A stretch of DNA of 43,750 nucleotides. Origin: a virus. The notes under the pieces were generated by a model. That model was not told the origin of the DNA, made no database searches, and saw nothing but the letters and a program-made list of their open reading frames with translations. The translations under genes were made by a program, and so were the position numbers. The stretch lies in the IMG/VR virus record IMGVR_UViG_3300045988_117155. The stretch is one strand, 5' to 3'. Of the stretch, positions 17,877-26,714 are shown in pieces (position 1 is the first letter of the stretch; every line of letters starts with the position of its first letter).

Positions 17877-19237
17877 TTTATCGACACCTCCTTAATTTTT
17901 GCCTTCAACGCCTCAAGTAGAGCGTTCTGCCTCTGTTCCTTAGGTGCAAGAATAGCGTCAAGAACCCTATAGTCATATGTACCTTTCATTAAAATATGAA
18001 ATATTAAAACGGTTTCCTTTTGCCCGGGTCTATGCAGACGTTTATTAGCCTGCTGATAAAGTTCAAGGCTTGTAGGAAGCCCGTACCATATAGCGATATG
18101 CCCTCCTGCTTGTAGATTCAAGCCGTGACCAGCGCTTGCCGGGTGCGCCAATAAAATTGGTATTTCGCCGTTGTTCCAACGCTCAACCGCTGAATCCTCC
18201 TTAATATCAACTGCGTCAGGATAACGCTCAATAATTCTATCCCGTTCATGACGAAAAGCGTAAAATACTAAAACCGGCTGCCCGTTAGCTTCTTCTATAA
18301 GCTGGTCTAAAGCTTCGAGTTTATCCTCGTGCAAATATTTAACATTTCCGTTTTCATCATACGCAGCTCCGCCTGCCGCTTGTAAAAGCTTATTTGTAAG
18401 TACCGCCGCGGTCGGCGCGTCAATATCGCCGTCCACAAACGGTAACAGAGTATCTCGCTCAAGGGTCTTATAAAGTTTCATAGCTTTATCGGACATTTCA
18501 GCTTCTCGCCGCTGGAATATCCTTTCAGGAAGCCGTAAATAATCTGTCGCTTTCATACTTATACATAAACCGTTTAACTTGGCGTAAATCAATTCTTCTG
18601 CGCCCGGTTTCGGTTTCCACGAAAAAATTGTTGCCGCATTCCGCTTGTCTGGTATAAAGTATGTATCTCTATAGCCCGTAAGCGTTCTACCGAGCGCCTT
18701 ACCTTCGTCAAGTAAATACATCTCCGGCCACAAGTCCAAAAGTCCGTTGGGGGACGGCGTACCGGTTAAACCCACAATACGCTTTATGTATTTTCGTACT
18801 TTTTTTAAGGCTCTAAATCTTTGAGCCTTGCTGGATTTAAAACTTGACAGCTCATCTATAATAACCATATCAAACGGCCATTTTGATTTATAATAATCTA
18901 CAAGCCATACAATATTTTCACGATTTATAATATAAATATCTGCGTCTTGCTCTAAAGCCGCTACTCGCGATTGCTTAGAGCCGATAACCAAAGATGTGGT
19001 TAAATGCTGTAAGTGGTCCCATTTTTTTATTTCCGGCAGCCATGTTTCTTTTGCCGGCTTCAGCGGAGCAATTACAAGGACTTTCCTAACCGCAAAATAA
19101 TCATTTAACAATTTATCCGCCGCAGTAAGACTTACTACTGTTTTACCCATACCCATATCTAATAATAGGCCTGCTTCGGGGTTATCCAAAATAAATTGCT
19201 CCGCATATTCCTGATAATAATAAGGTCTATACTCCAT
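17873..19237 (-). CDS. SNF2-family helicase / ATPase
   Basis: 454 aa. Motif I is DMGMGKT, followed by a DEAH-like IIDELSS and C-terminal helicase motifs (...RLHRPGQ). Confidence 0.9.
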   Translation of the reverse strand: MEYRPYYYQEYAEQFILDNPEAGLLLDMGMGKTVVSLTAADKLLNDYFAVRKVLVIAPLKPAKETWLPEIKKWDHLQHLTTSLVIGSKQSRVAALEQDADIYIINRENIVWLVDYYKSKWPFDMVIIDELSSFKSSKAQRFRALKKVRKYIKRIVGLTGTPSPNGLLDLWPEMYLLDEGKALGRTLTGYRDTYFIPDKRNAATIFSWKPKPGAEELIYAKLNGLCISMKATDYLRLPERIFQRREAEMSDKAMKLYKTLERDTLLPFVDGDIDAPTAAVLTNKLLQAAGGAAYDENGNVKYLHEDKLEALDQLIEEANGQPVLVFYAFRHERDRIIERYPDAVDIKEDSAVERWNNGEIPILLAHPASAGHGLNLQAGGHIAIWYGLPTSLELYQQANKRLHRPGQKETVLIFHILMKGTYDYRVLDAILAPKEQRQNALLEALKAKIKEVSIK

Positions 19238-19505
19238 GTAACCTCTCTTTCAAGTCGTCCATATCGGATATGCGCCATACAGTACAGCCGAGCTCTTCGA
19301 GTGTCGCGATAACCTTTTTCTGCCGTACACTCAACCCGTCGCTCAGCCCCGGGCGCTTAACTTCTATAAAAATTATTCTCCCTCCTGGCAGTATAGCAAT
19401 TCTGTCAGGCACTCCCGGAGCGCCCGGCGATACCCATTTATACGCTTTTCCACCAAGACTTTTTATATAATTGCAAATCTTTTTCTCAAAAGAACTTTCA
19501 TACAT
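19227..19505 (-). CDS. VRR-NUC domain nuclease
   Basis: 92 aa containing GVPDRIAILPGGRIIFIEVKRPG, a PD-(D/E)xK core typical of VRR-NUC. Paired with the SNF2 helicase, as is common in phage replication modules. Confidence 0.85.
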   Translation of the reverse strand: MYESSFEKKICNYIKSLGGKAYKWVSPGAPGVPDRIAILPGGRIIFIEVKRPGLSDGLSVRQKKVIATLEELGCTVWRISDMDDLKERLHGV

Positions 19506-19510
19506 AATTT

Positions 19511-19812
19511 CTCCTTTTAGGTAGTCGAGTAGCGCGCGCAGCGAATTTTCTTACGCGCGTATATGCAAACGCAGGCAGGTACAATTTTCCGCTTTCAATG
19601 TTAACCTAAAAAATTTTTTCTTTTTAGTATTTATGAACTACCTTTGCTGCAATAACCTTCAAAGTCAGGTATACCAATACTTTCAAAGGTAGCGCGTTTG
19701 GTAGTTCGTTGCCTAAACTCGACTACCGAACTACCAAAACCATCAAACTCCCTTACATTTTGAAAAAAGTGTTCTCTTTTCTCAGCTACCTTTGCTACAC
19801 TTCTCTTATAAA
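19511..19812 (-). repeat. Repeat family R1, copy A: non-coding module between the primase-helicase and VRR-NUC genes
   Basis: Aligns with 32052-32290 at an offset of about 12,540. Shared blocks are ctccttttaggtagtcgag, gaattttcttacgc, a perfect 31-mer (19561-19591 = 32102-32132), ctacctttgYtgcaata, ggtagcgc and gctacctttgYtac...cttctcttataaat. Confidence 0.85.
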
Positions 19813-22191
19813 TCCGCGCTGTCTTCCGTAAAGCTCTCCGCAATTTACCGAAGTAGAAATACGCCAGCCGGGAATCATACGCAGCAAGCCTATAATTTCG
19901 CGGGCCTGCGCCTGTCCGTAACTCTTAGGGTCACCTTTATAATGCTCCTGCCATATTTCAAGCGCACATACCTTAGTACGCTTAATCGTGCCTTCTTGCT
20001 TATCGCCGAATCCGCCTCCCCAAAACATAAGTCTGCGGTCAAGGTCCCAAGAGTCCCAATCCTCCGGAAGTAAAACATTTAAAAAGTTTTCCAAAGGCCC
20101 CAGCTTACCGTTGACCTCTGTATGGTTGGCTTGTACTTGACGAGCAAGTTCTTCAACTTCGCTATCAAGATACCAAGCTTCACCGGCTTCGTAATAAGTA
20201 ACAACCTCAGCCCATATTTGGTCTACGATAGTTGATGTTAATTTTTCACCGAGCACCTTACCCGCATTTGTAACAACTACCGGCCAAAAGCGTCGAGCTC
20301 CTGTAGGGTCTCTCAAAAATTCCTCGTCATTAGTAGTTCCGAAAAAAGCACATTGCCTCGGGTGGCATTGTGTTCGGCGAGCATATGCCGCACGGTAGTT
20401 ATCTTCTTGCTTTGAAACAAATTGTTTTATCTGTTCAATTTCAGCTTTTCTGGTAGCTGCCATTTCGCTGAGCTCAATTATCCAATTACCTTGAAGCTGC
20501 TCATAAGCCTCTTTGCCCGTCATTGTAAAAAGTGAATCTGAAAACCATTCTTTGCCGAGCTTTTTTAAGGTTGTAGATTTACGGCAGCCTTGCGGACCTA
20601 CAAGAACAAGCATATGGTCATGTTTACACCCGGGCGATAAAATTCTCGCTACGGCTCCAATTAAAGCCTTACGGGTAACATTTCTCGTATATCTGGAATC
20701 TTCTGCGCCGAGGTAGTCTATAAATAATGTTTCAGCACGTTTTTCTCCGTCCCAAACAAGCGAGCGCAGATATTCCCGCACCGGATGCCGCGATATGTCC
20801 GCGAGCGCGAGGTCTATGCCTTCACGGGTTTTCGGCATACTGTCAATCTTATAGTCCTTTTCTAAAATGTTATGTACGCCGGCGTCGTCAGTATCGTCCC
20901 ATGAGCGAGGTTTCCCTTCAAGTTTGCGCCACGGCAAGTCGCCGCATACCATAGGGCGCTCCATAAATTCATCAAAGTAGAATGTTCCTTTAAAACGCGG
21001 GTCATTTCTTACTATAATACGGATATTTTCAACCGTAGTCGCTGCATTGCCGGTTTTAGAGTTAACCTCAAGTTGCGATACCCAATTCATATCAAGGTCT
21101 TCCTCATTGTCACCGAATAGCTGAACAATATAATCAAGCTGCTTGCTTTGCAGTTCTTTCATAACCTCAGGACGATTTGCTTCAATCCACTTACACATAT
21201 TTTTATATGAAGGCAGATTTGTTGCCGCAGTATTTGCCGGCTTGTCCTCGTCGTCCTTGCCAAAAAGGTGTATGCGTATAAGGTCAAAAGCATTACACAA
21301 TTTGCCGCAAATAGGGTCTGTGCTGTGGTGGCTATACGCAAACTTACCGTCGTCATAGACAACAAGTCCGCCGGAAGTAGAGCCGCCCGTATAAGTGTAA
21401 CGGCCGCCATCACCCTTTTTATATGTATTAGATAAAAAAGTATCGATTGCGTCTTCTATAGAGTATATTCGGCAAAACGCGCCAACGATTCCATCTTTAG
21501 CCGTAGGGTCTCCTTGCTTTTCGGCAAGACGCCGCATAGTTCCAGTTTTTCTGCTTGATACCGGCCACTGAGTAGGGTCTTGCCAATCAGCATAGCGCTT
21601 AAGCTGTTCGTCAGCGTCAAGCCATGGGCCGTCTTGCACCTCGTACCTAAATTCTGCGTCAGCCGAAGCACTCGCCCAGTACATAAGTCTATGTGGCTCA
21701 TAAGTGGTATCGTCACACATATCAATACCAATATCACCCGCGATTCTGCGGGCAATAGCTTCATACTCTTCCGGTGATACAGGTCTTGACAGCGGTATAA
21801 CAAGTCTAAGCCTTGGCGCCTTCGGCGTATGGCTATGCGTACTATAGAGAACAGCAGCGCAGCCGAGAATTAGTGTAACCGTAGGCCATGGGTCTTCACC
21901 TGCGGCAATGGAATCCATATCAAGCGTAATAAGTCGGCGCTGTGTAACGGCGCCAATTTTACGGCGACCGCCTTTCAGTGTGCCGCCGACAAAGCCGCCG
22001 ACGTCTTTTGCGCTATCGCGCTCGTCCTTAGGCATACGCGCGTACTCTGCTTGCGTTTCCTGCGTGCGAGTTACGCGTCCGAGTTTATCGACAAACTCGG
22101 ACCATAACATTTCTTTGTTCTTCCAATTTGTTGAACGACGCGAATTACCCGTTGCGATAGTAATCATACCGTCATACTTCAAAATGCTCAC
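19795..22191 (-). CDS. Primase-helicase (N-terminal primase-like domain plus a VirE/D5-type P-loop helicase)
   Basis: 798 aa. Walker A is LVGPQGCRKST, with a conserved VirE-like region. Located in the replication module. Confidence 0.85.
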   Translation of the reverse strand: MSILKYDGMITIATGNSRRSTNWKNKEMLWSEFVDKLGRVTRTQETQAEYARMPKDERDSAKDVGGFVGGTLKGGRRKIGAVTQRRLITLDMDSIAAGEDPWPTVTLILGCAAVLYSTHSHTPKAPRLRLVIPLSRPVSPEEYEAIARRIAGDIGIDMCDDTTYEPHRLMYWASASADAEFRYEVQDGPWLDADEQLKRYADWQDPTQWPVSSRKTGTMRRLAEKQGDPTAKDGIVGAFCRIYSIEDAIDTFLSNTYKKGDGGRYTYTGGSTSGGLVVYDDGKFAYSHHSTDPICGKLCNAFDLIRIHLFGKDDEDKPANTAATNLPSYKNMCKWIEANRPEVMKELQSKQLDYIVQLFGDNEEDLDMNWVSQLEVNSKTGNAATTVENIRIIVRNDPRFKGTFYFDEFMERPMVCGDLPWRKLEGKPRSWDDTDDAGVHNILEKDYKIDSMPKTREGIDLALADISRHPVREYLRSLVWDGEKRAETLFIDYLGAEDSRYTRNVTRKALIGAVARILSPGCKHDHMLVLVGPQGCRKSTTLKKLGKEWFSDSLFTMTGKEAYEQLQGNWIIELSEMAATRKAEIEQIKQFVSKQEDNYRAAYARRTQCHPRQCAFFGTTNDEEFLRDPTGARRFWPVVVTNAGKVLGEKLTSTIVDQIWAEVVTYYEAGEAWYLDSEVEELARQVQANHTEVNGKLGPLENFLNVLLPEDWDSWDLDRRLMFWGGGFGDKQEGTIKRTKVCALEIWQEHYKGDPKSYGQAQAREIIGLLRMIPGWRISTSVNCGELYGRQRGFIREV

Positions 22192-22592
22192 CTCCCGCTG
22201 CTTCCAAAAGCTCCGACACCTCTTTCAGCGGACTCTTCATAAGTGAACTCAGGAATTACAACCGGCATAATTATAAGCTGCCCTATGCGGTCGCCTTTCT
22301 TAATCTCATAAGCACGGTTTCCGACATTTGATATAATAGCATGAACTTCGCCGCGGTAGCCGGAATCTATGGGTGGCAGTTCACAAACAATACCCTCTGC
22401 GCTTAAACTACTGCGCGGAAATATGTAGCCAGCCATACCGTCAGGCAGTATTAAGCCAAAGCCCAAAGGCAACTTACATATTTGACCGGGTATTATAATT
22501 TGGTCTTTAGGCGCAAACACATCAGCGCCGGCATCATTGTCATGTGCCCTTACAGGCGCATGACCGTTAAAGTTAATCAATTTTATTTTCAT
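22188..22592 (-). CDS. dut: dUTP diphosphatase (trimeric dUTPase)
   Basis: Contains AGADV, FPRSS, IDSGYRGE and GDRIGQL motifs and a C-terminal GFGSSG. ATG 22592 with AGGAGG upstream is preferred over the TTG at 22613. Confidence 0.9.
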   Translation of the reverse strand: MKIKLINFNGHAPVRAHDNDAGADVFAPKDQIIIPGQICKLPLGFGLILPDGMAGYIFPRSSLSAEGIVCELPPIDSGYRGEVHAIISNVGNRAYEIKKGDRIGQLIIMPVVIPEFTYEESAERGVGAFGSSGR

Positions 22593-23337
22593 ATCCGCTA
22601 AAACCTCCTGCAAGCAGCGGAAAATCCGCTTTTATAATTTCGTCCGGCGTCGCGCCCGCTGAAATAGGTTTTCCGCAAGACATTTTGCCTTCCTTGCAGC
22701 CGCCGGTCATACAAAAACAACCGCCTGAAAAAAGCTCGGGTGAGAGCTCATAAAGCTCTTTCCAGATTTTCAGCATAACGTATCGGGTTTCAGCAGTATT
22801 TCGCCGACAAATGCGCTGGCCTATCATGTGTTTCCACTGATACGGCGTAGCGCTTATAATCAAAATATTTCTAAGTCCCTGCGGCGTTACATAGCCGGCG
22901 GAATCGTTATCTGCGCTGGCAAGCTGTTTATATCTTTCCATTGCTTCCTCACAACTTAATATGTAGGAATCTTTTAACGAGCTATTTAATAACTCATAGG
23001 GAACAACAAAATCGGCCTCGTCAGAATAATCGCTATATTGCAGCGACGCTGACATAAATTTAACCTCGTTCTGGTGTCGGGTTATCTGCGCCAAAAATCT
23101 CCTTGACGCACCGACTACCACAACATTTATAACCGCAAATTTCTGTAATGTCGGGTGCGGTAAATTGGCTAAATTTGCTACAGTCTGCGCCGTATGCTCT
23201 TTTTCGTATAAATCCGTAAATCCGCGCATACATTTAACCGTATGCCCGCGCTGCGTTAATCGCGCTGCGCAAACCATCATATTTTCGGCTTCTGCAATGG
23301 CCGTAGGGTTAAGAACGCATGTTTCAATTCTGTTCAT
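22573..23337 (-). CDS. thyX: ThyX-family (flavin-dependent thymidylate synthase-like) protein with a divergent signature motif
   Basis: 254 aa. ...GASRRFLAQITRHQNEVKFMSASLQY... aligns with the ThyX RHRxxSxxxxSxRY block but has Gln in place of two Arg residues. The later R.C.RNTAETR segment is ThyX-like. It also has a Cys-rich C-terminal tail. Confidence 0.7.
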   Translation of the reverse strand: MNRIETCVLNPTAIAEAENMMVCAARLTQRGHTVKCMRGFTDLYEKEHTAQTVANLANLPHPTLQKFAVINVVVVGASRRFLAQITRHQNEVKFMSASLQYSDYSDEADFVVPYELLNSSLKDSYILSCEEAMERYKQLASADNDSAGYVTPQGLRNILIISATPYQWKHMIGQRICRRNTAETRYVMLKIWKELYELSPELFSGGCFCMTGGCKEGKMSCGKPISAGATPDEIIKADFPLLAGGFSGYENKID

Positions 23338-23668
23338 CTTTAAACCTCCGTTCTTCTTCTATCATTGCTCTAAGTATGAGCAAATAATTAATACTGTCTG
23401 TAATTTTTTCTGTCCAGCGTTCAACGCTGTATTCTCTGCCGTCAACGCACATATCTGAAATAGATACAAGGTGCTTTGATAACATACCAAGCAACGCCTC
23501 TTTCTGCGTTCCCTCTATAATTGTTGCGGCTTTTTTAAAGGCCGCTAAACGGTCGGCAGAAGTTTCCGCTATAGCGTTAGGCGTATATTCAAGTCCTTTC
23601 TGGCAGAGTATATTTTTACAAGTCAAAAGCTGTTCCTCAATTACTTTATTAAAAATATCTGTTTTCAT
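23324..23668 (-). CDS. Small all-helical protein, possibly a nucleotide-metabolism accessory (DUF1599/Nmad1-like or MazG-like; weak call)
   Basis: 114 aa between the polymerase and ThyX genes, overlapping the thyX start. The pattern KG.EY...DRL..F...KH.VSI.DM...EKITDSINYLLIL only loosely resembles those families. Confidence 0.4.
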   Translation of the reverse strand: MKTDIFNKVIEEQLLTCKNILCQKGLEYTPNAIAETSADRLAAFKKAATIIEGTQKEALLGMLSKHLVSISDMCVDGREYSVERWTEKITDSINYLLILRAMIEEERRFKDEQN

Positions 23669-23673
23669 AGAGT

Positions 23674-25623
23674 TTAGTCCTTTCTATAGTATTCGCACTC
23701 ATACGCGTCTGCCCTTAATGGTAAGCCCTTAGCCCACTCAATAGGCGCTGACATTATTTGATTTATTTCTTCGGCAGAACTTACTCCTATAGGCACTTCG
23801 CAAATAACTTCATCATGCACATGAAACACAACGGGAAATCCTGCACGCTCTAATCTGTCAATTGCGACAGCAAGGCAATCTCTGGCAGTAGCCTGAACGA
23901 TATTCTCAACAAGCTTCGGGCCGTAAGATTCTATTCTGCCCCAGCCGCCCGAGCTTTGAATCGTGCCTTCATATGTAATATTGTCGCCTTCATCAATACG
24001 AGGTTTTACATAACTCAATTCGCGTCCATTAGGTAGTCTCAATTTAAGTAAAGGCCCCTGTTTATAAAAACCCATACCAAACGGAAGCCTAGCCGGCGCT
24101 TTTGTCTGAATCGTCTTTCTTGCTGCCGAGTCTGCGTCCCACCATAATTTTGTAATAGCCTTATTCGCCGAGCGCCAACTATTTACAATAGGCTTAAGTT
24201 CTTCTTCCGCGAGGCCCATATCAAGCGCACCCATAGCCTTCATAGCGCCTACGCTTCCGCCATAACCGAGCGCCAGCTCGGCAATTTTTCCTTTTTGCCT
24301 CATAGGGTCGCCCTTTTTAACTGAACCCGGCGGTAAATGAAACATCTGCTCCGCAGAAGCCTCATAAATTTTTCCGTGTGTATTGAAAACGTCCATGCGC
24401 CATTCTTCATTGGCGAGCCACGCAAGTACGCGCGCTTCAATCGCTGAAAAGTCGGCGACAATAAATCGGCAGCCTTTCTTCGGTACAAATGCCGTGCGTA
24501 TAAGCTGCGATAAAGTTCCTGAAATATCGTCAAAAAGCAGTTCAAGAGTTTCTAAATCGCCTTTAGCAACAAGCTGCCGTGCAGTGTCAAGGTCGCGGTC
24601 AGGCATTTTATTCTGAGGCAAATTCTGCATTTGCACTAACCGACCGGCCCAGCGGCCTGTTCTTGACGCGCCGTAAAACTGAGTTAAGCCCCGGATTCTT
24701 CCGTCGGCGCAGGCTGTCCTTAACATAGCATTATATTTTTCAGTAGAAGTCTTTGAAAGACCTGCCCGTATATCCAGCATAGCGTCAACCTTTTTATTAT
24801 CTGCTTCTGCTCGTACGCCAGCAATACTTTTTTTATTAAGGCTCTCAACCTCAATACCCGCTGTATCTTCAATCCAGCCTTTAAGCTGCGCCGTGCTTTT
24901 AGGGTTATCAAGTCCAGTAAGTTCTTTTGCTTGTTCAAATAAACGGCCTTTTATAATACCGTCAATCTCAATAGCTTTTTCTGCAAAATTGAGGTCCACT
25001 CCGACACCGCGGTCATTGATATGCTGGTCGTGAATCCAAAGCGGCTGCTCATTCTCAAATATTGGAAAACGAGATAGCTTTTTGCGAATAGCGCGTTCTG
25101 CCTCAACGTCTTGCCGGTTATATTCAATGTAAAGATTCCAGCGGTCGGGGTCATGCTCCGGCAAGTTTCTTGTTCTTCCTCCATTGATTTTTGTGGCCTT
25201 GCACGGAATAGAGAAATATCGTATAAGCGCTTTGCCTGTTTTCGATTTTTGCTTGTCCTCAGGTAAACCAATAACTTCGCCAACGGCTTCTAAGCTGCCG
25301 GGTAGACCAAGCTCACGAGCCATAACCGCAGTACAGCTCCACTGTTCAGGCGGTGTAACACGCCCAAAATAAACCGATAGACAAGTTCTTTCAAAAGACG
25401 CATTAAATGCTGTCTTAAGAATTTTGGAGTCATATAAAGCATTCTGGAGCTCCGGAGGCAGTTTCTGACCCGTAGTAAGGTCTATAACCTCAACGGGCCC
25501 ATCGTCCCACGCATAACCGAAGAGCAGAATCTCAAAATCATCACTCTGAGCATAAGCATAAACACCAGATTTTTGCAGAGATACAGAGCTATAAGTTTCA
25601 ATATCAATCGCAAGTGTTTTCAT
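23674..25623 (-). CDS. Family A DNA polymerase with an N-terminal 3'-5' exonuclease
   Basis: 649 aa. ExoI is AIDIETYS. Pol A motifs are present (...DFSAIEARVLAW..., ...RQKGKIAELALGYGG..., ...VHDEV...). Confidence 0.95.
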   Translation of the reverse strand: MKTLAIDIETYSSVSLQKSGVYAYAQSDDFEILLFGYAWDDGPVEVIDLTTGQKLPPELQNALYDSKILKTAFNASFERTCLSVYFGRVTPPEQWSCTAVMARELGLPGSLEAVGEVIGLPEDKQKSKTGKALIRYFSIPCKATKINGGRTRNLPEHDPDRWNLYIEYNRQDVEAERAIRKKLSRFPIFENEQPLWIHDQHINDRGVGVDLNFAEKAIEIDGIIKGRLFEQAKELTGLDNPKSTAQLKGWIEDTAGIEVESLNKKSIAGVRAEADNKKVDAMLDIRAGLSKTSTEKYNAMLRTACADGRIRGLTQFYGASRTGRWAGRLVQMQNLPQNKMPDRDLDTARQLVAKGDLETLELLFDDISGTLSQLIRTAFVPKKGCRFIVADFSAIEARVLAWLANEEWRMDVFNTHGKIYEASAEQMFHLPPGSVKKGDPMRQKGKIAELALGYGGSVGAMKAMGALDMGLAEEELKPIVNSWRSANKAITKLWWDADSAARKTIQTKAPARLPFGMGFYKQGPLLKLRLPNGRELSYVKPRIDEGDNITYEGTIQSSGGWGRIESYGPKLVENIVQATARDCLAVAIDRLERAGFPVVFHVHDEVICEVPIGVSSAEEINQIMSAPIEWAKGLPLRADAYECEYYRKD

Positions 25624-25642
25624 TTTTTACGCCTCCTTTTTT

Positions 25643-25733
25643 AGTACTCAAAAGCTGCCGCGCAGACCAAAAAAGGTAGCTCGAAGCTTCGCCCACATGG
25701 GTAAATAACAATCTGGAGCAGCTTTTGAATACT
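25643..25733. repeat. Long inverted repeat enclosing the ssb-polA intergenic region
   Basis: 16-bp arms with 15 of 16 positions matching (25643-25658 agtactcaaaagctgc versus 25718-25733 gcagcttttgaatact), separated by 59 nt. The spacer contains the palindrome cgaagcttcg and an aaaggtagc box. Confidence 0.7.
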
Positions 25734-25740
25734 TTGCAAA

Positions 25741-26301
25741 TTAGTCAAGAAGGCCGTCGTCTGTATCGTCTTCCCAGTCGTCGTCCCAATCAGCGTCGGT
25801 AACAACACCACCGCCCAAAGGCTCGCCGTCATAGAGCTTCATAACTCCATTAAGACCGGCAGAAATACCCTTATTTCCCTGCGTATCATATACATAGAAG
25901 TTAATAATTGCACGTCCGTAGCAGCCAGAATAAAGTTCCTGAGGGTCAGTCAGCGGGGTCTTATCCGCATTTACGATAACAGGCTTATTGTTAGAGCTTA
26001 CGGTAATAACGTAGCAGCCCTTACATTCTTCGCCAAACTCACCGCCGTTAGGGCGCTCGCCGTCGCCGTCATGAAGAGTATTCTTAAGATTTGTCGGCAG
26101 CTTTTTGCCGCTGTTGCTTGCTATAAACTTTGACTTTGCTTCGTCCATAGCAGCCTTGATTTTTTGAATTGTAGCCTTATCCGATTTCGGTATAAGCAGC
26201 GTTACGCTGTACTTAGGCATAGCGCCTTCCTGCGCCGCGCGAGGTGTAAAAAGATTGCAGTATGAAAAACGTACTTTTCCTGTTGTAATTTGTGTTGACA
26301 T
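25741..26301 (-). CDS. ssDNA-binding protein (T7 gp2.5-like, DUF2815 type)
   Basis: 186 aa. The N-terminus is ...GKVRFSYCNLFTP.... It has a strongly acidic C-terminal tail (DADWDDDWEDDTDDGLLD) and lies beside the DUF2800 nuclease and Pol A genes. Confidence 0.75.
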   Translation of the reverse strand: MSTQITTGKVRFSYCNLFTPRAAQEGAMPKYSVTLLIPKSDKATIQKIKAAMDEAKSKFIASNSGKKLPTNLKNTLHDGDGERPNGGEFGEECKGCYVITVSSNNKPVIVNADKTPLTDPQELYSGCYGRAIINFYVYDTQGNKGISAGLNGVMKLYDGEPLGGGVVTDADWDDDWEDDTDDGLLD

Positions 26302-26328
26302 AATTTTATTCTCCTTTATAAATTATTT

Positions 26329-26697
26329 TTAGTTTAAAATATCTTTAAGCAAAGACTCGAGGTCAAATTCTGAATCATCTGAAGACATCACATGAGTAAG
26401 TAACTTCTTCAGGCCAGAATACTTTGAGCCTTTAGAAAAGAGGTCGTCGCTCATAGCCATATCCTCCTGAGTAGGTACCTGCGTAATTTTACTCTGTCTG
26501 TCTTCATCGACCATGCAAATACCGATAAACTCCAGTACCTTTTTAGTATGGTCTATATTGTCGTATGTACCAAGCTGAATAATGCTTGTATCGGTTTCGG
26601 CTATAAGCCTCGCACCCTCATGAATCTTCTCAATATAACACTGCTTTACATAATCGCTATTAACGAGCCTGAGTTCGTCCTGTGACATAATATACAT
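26329..26697 (-). CDS. Hypothetical protein (122 aa)
   Basis: AGGAGG lies 8 nt upstream of ATG 26697. Acidic C-terminus, no recognisable motif. Confidence 0.6.
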   Translation of the reverse strand: MYIMSQDELRLVNSDYVKQCYIEKIHEGARLIAETDTSIIQLGTYDNIDHTKKVLEFIGICMVDEDRQSKITQVPTQEDMAMSDDLFSKGSKYSGLKKLLTHVMSSDDSEFDLESLLKDILN

Positions 26698-26714
26698 AAG
26701 TTTGTCCTCCTTTT

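Noticed and set aside
19511-19812. The R1 copies as the template and variable repeats of a diversity-generating retroelement, since they overlap the 3' ends of two genes
   Set aside because: There is no reverse transcriptase anywhere in the genome. Only about 15 nt of coding sequence is included. Differences between the copies are not restricted to adenines and include indels.
19631-19843. 70-aa minus-strand ORF inside R1 copy A
   Set aside because: It starts inside the primase-helicase gene in another frame, has no RBS, gives an Arg/Lys-rich low-complexity translation, and has no counterpart in copy B.
25641-25832. 63-aa hydrophobic minus-strand ORF spanning the ssb 3' end and the intergenic inverted repeat
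   Set aside because: It overlaps ssb out of frame and has no RBS. The region is better explained by the inverted-repeat element.
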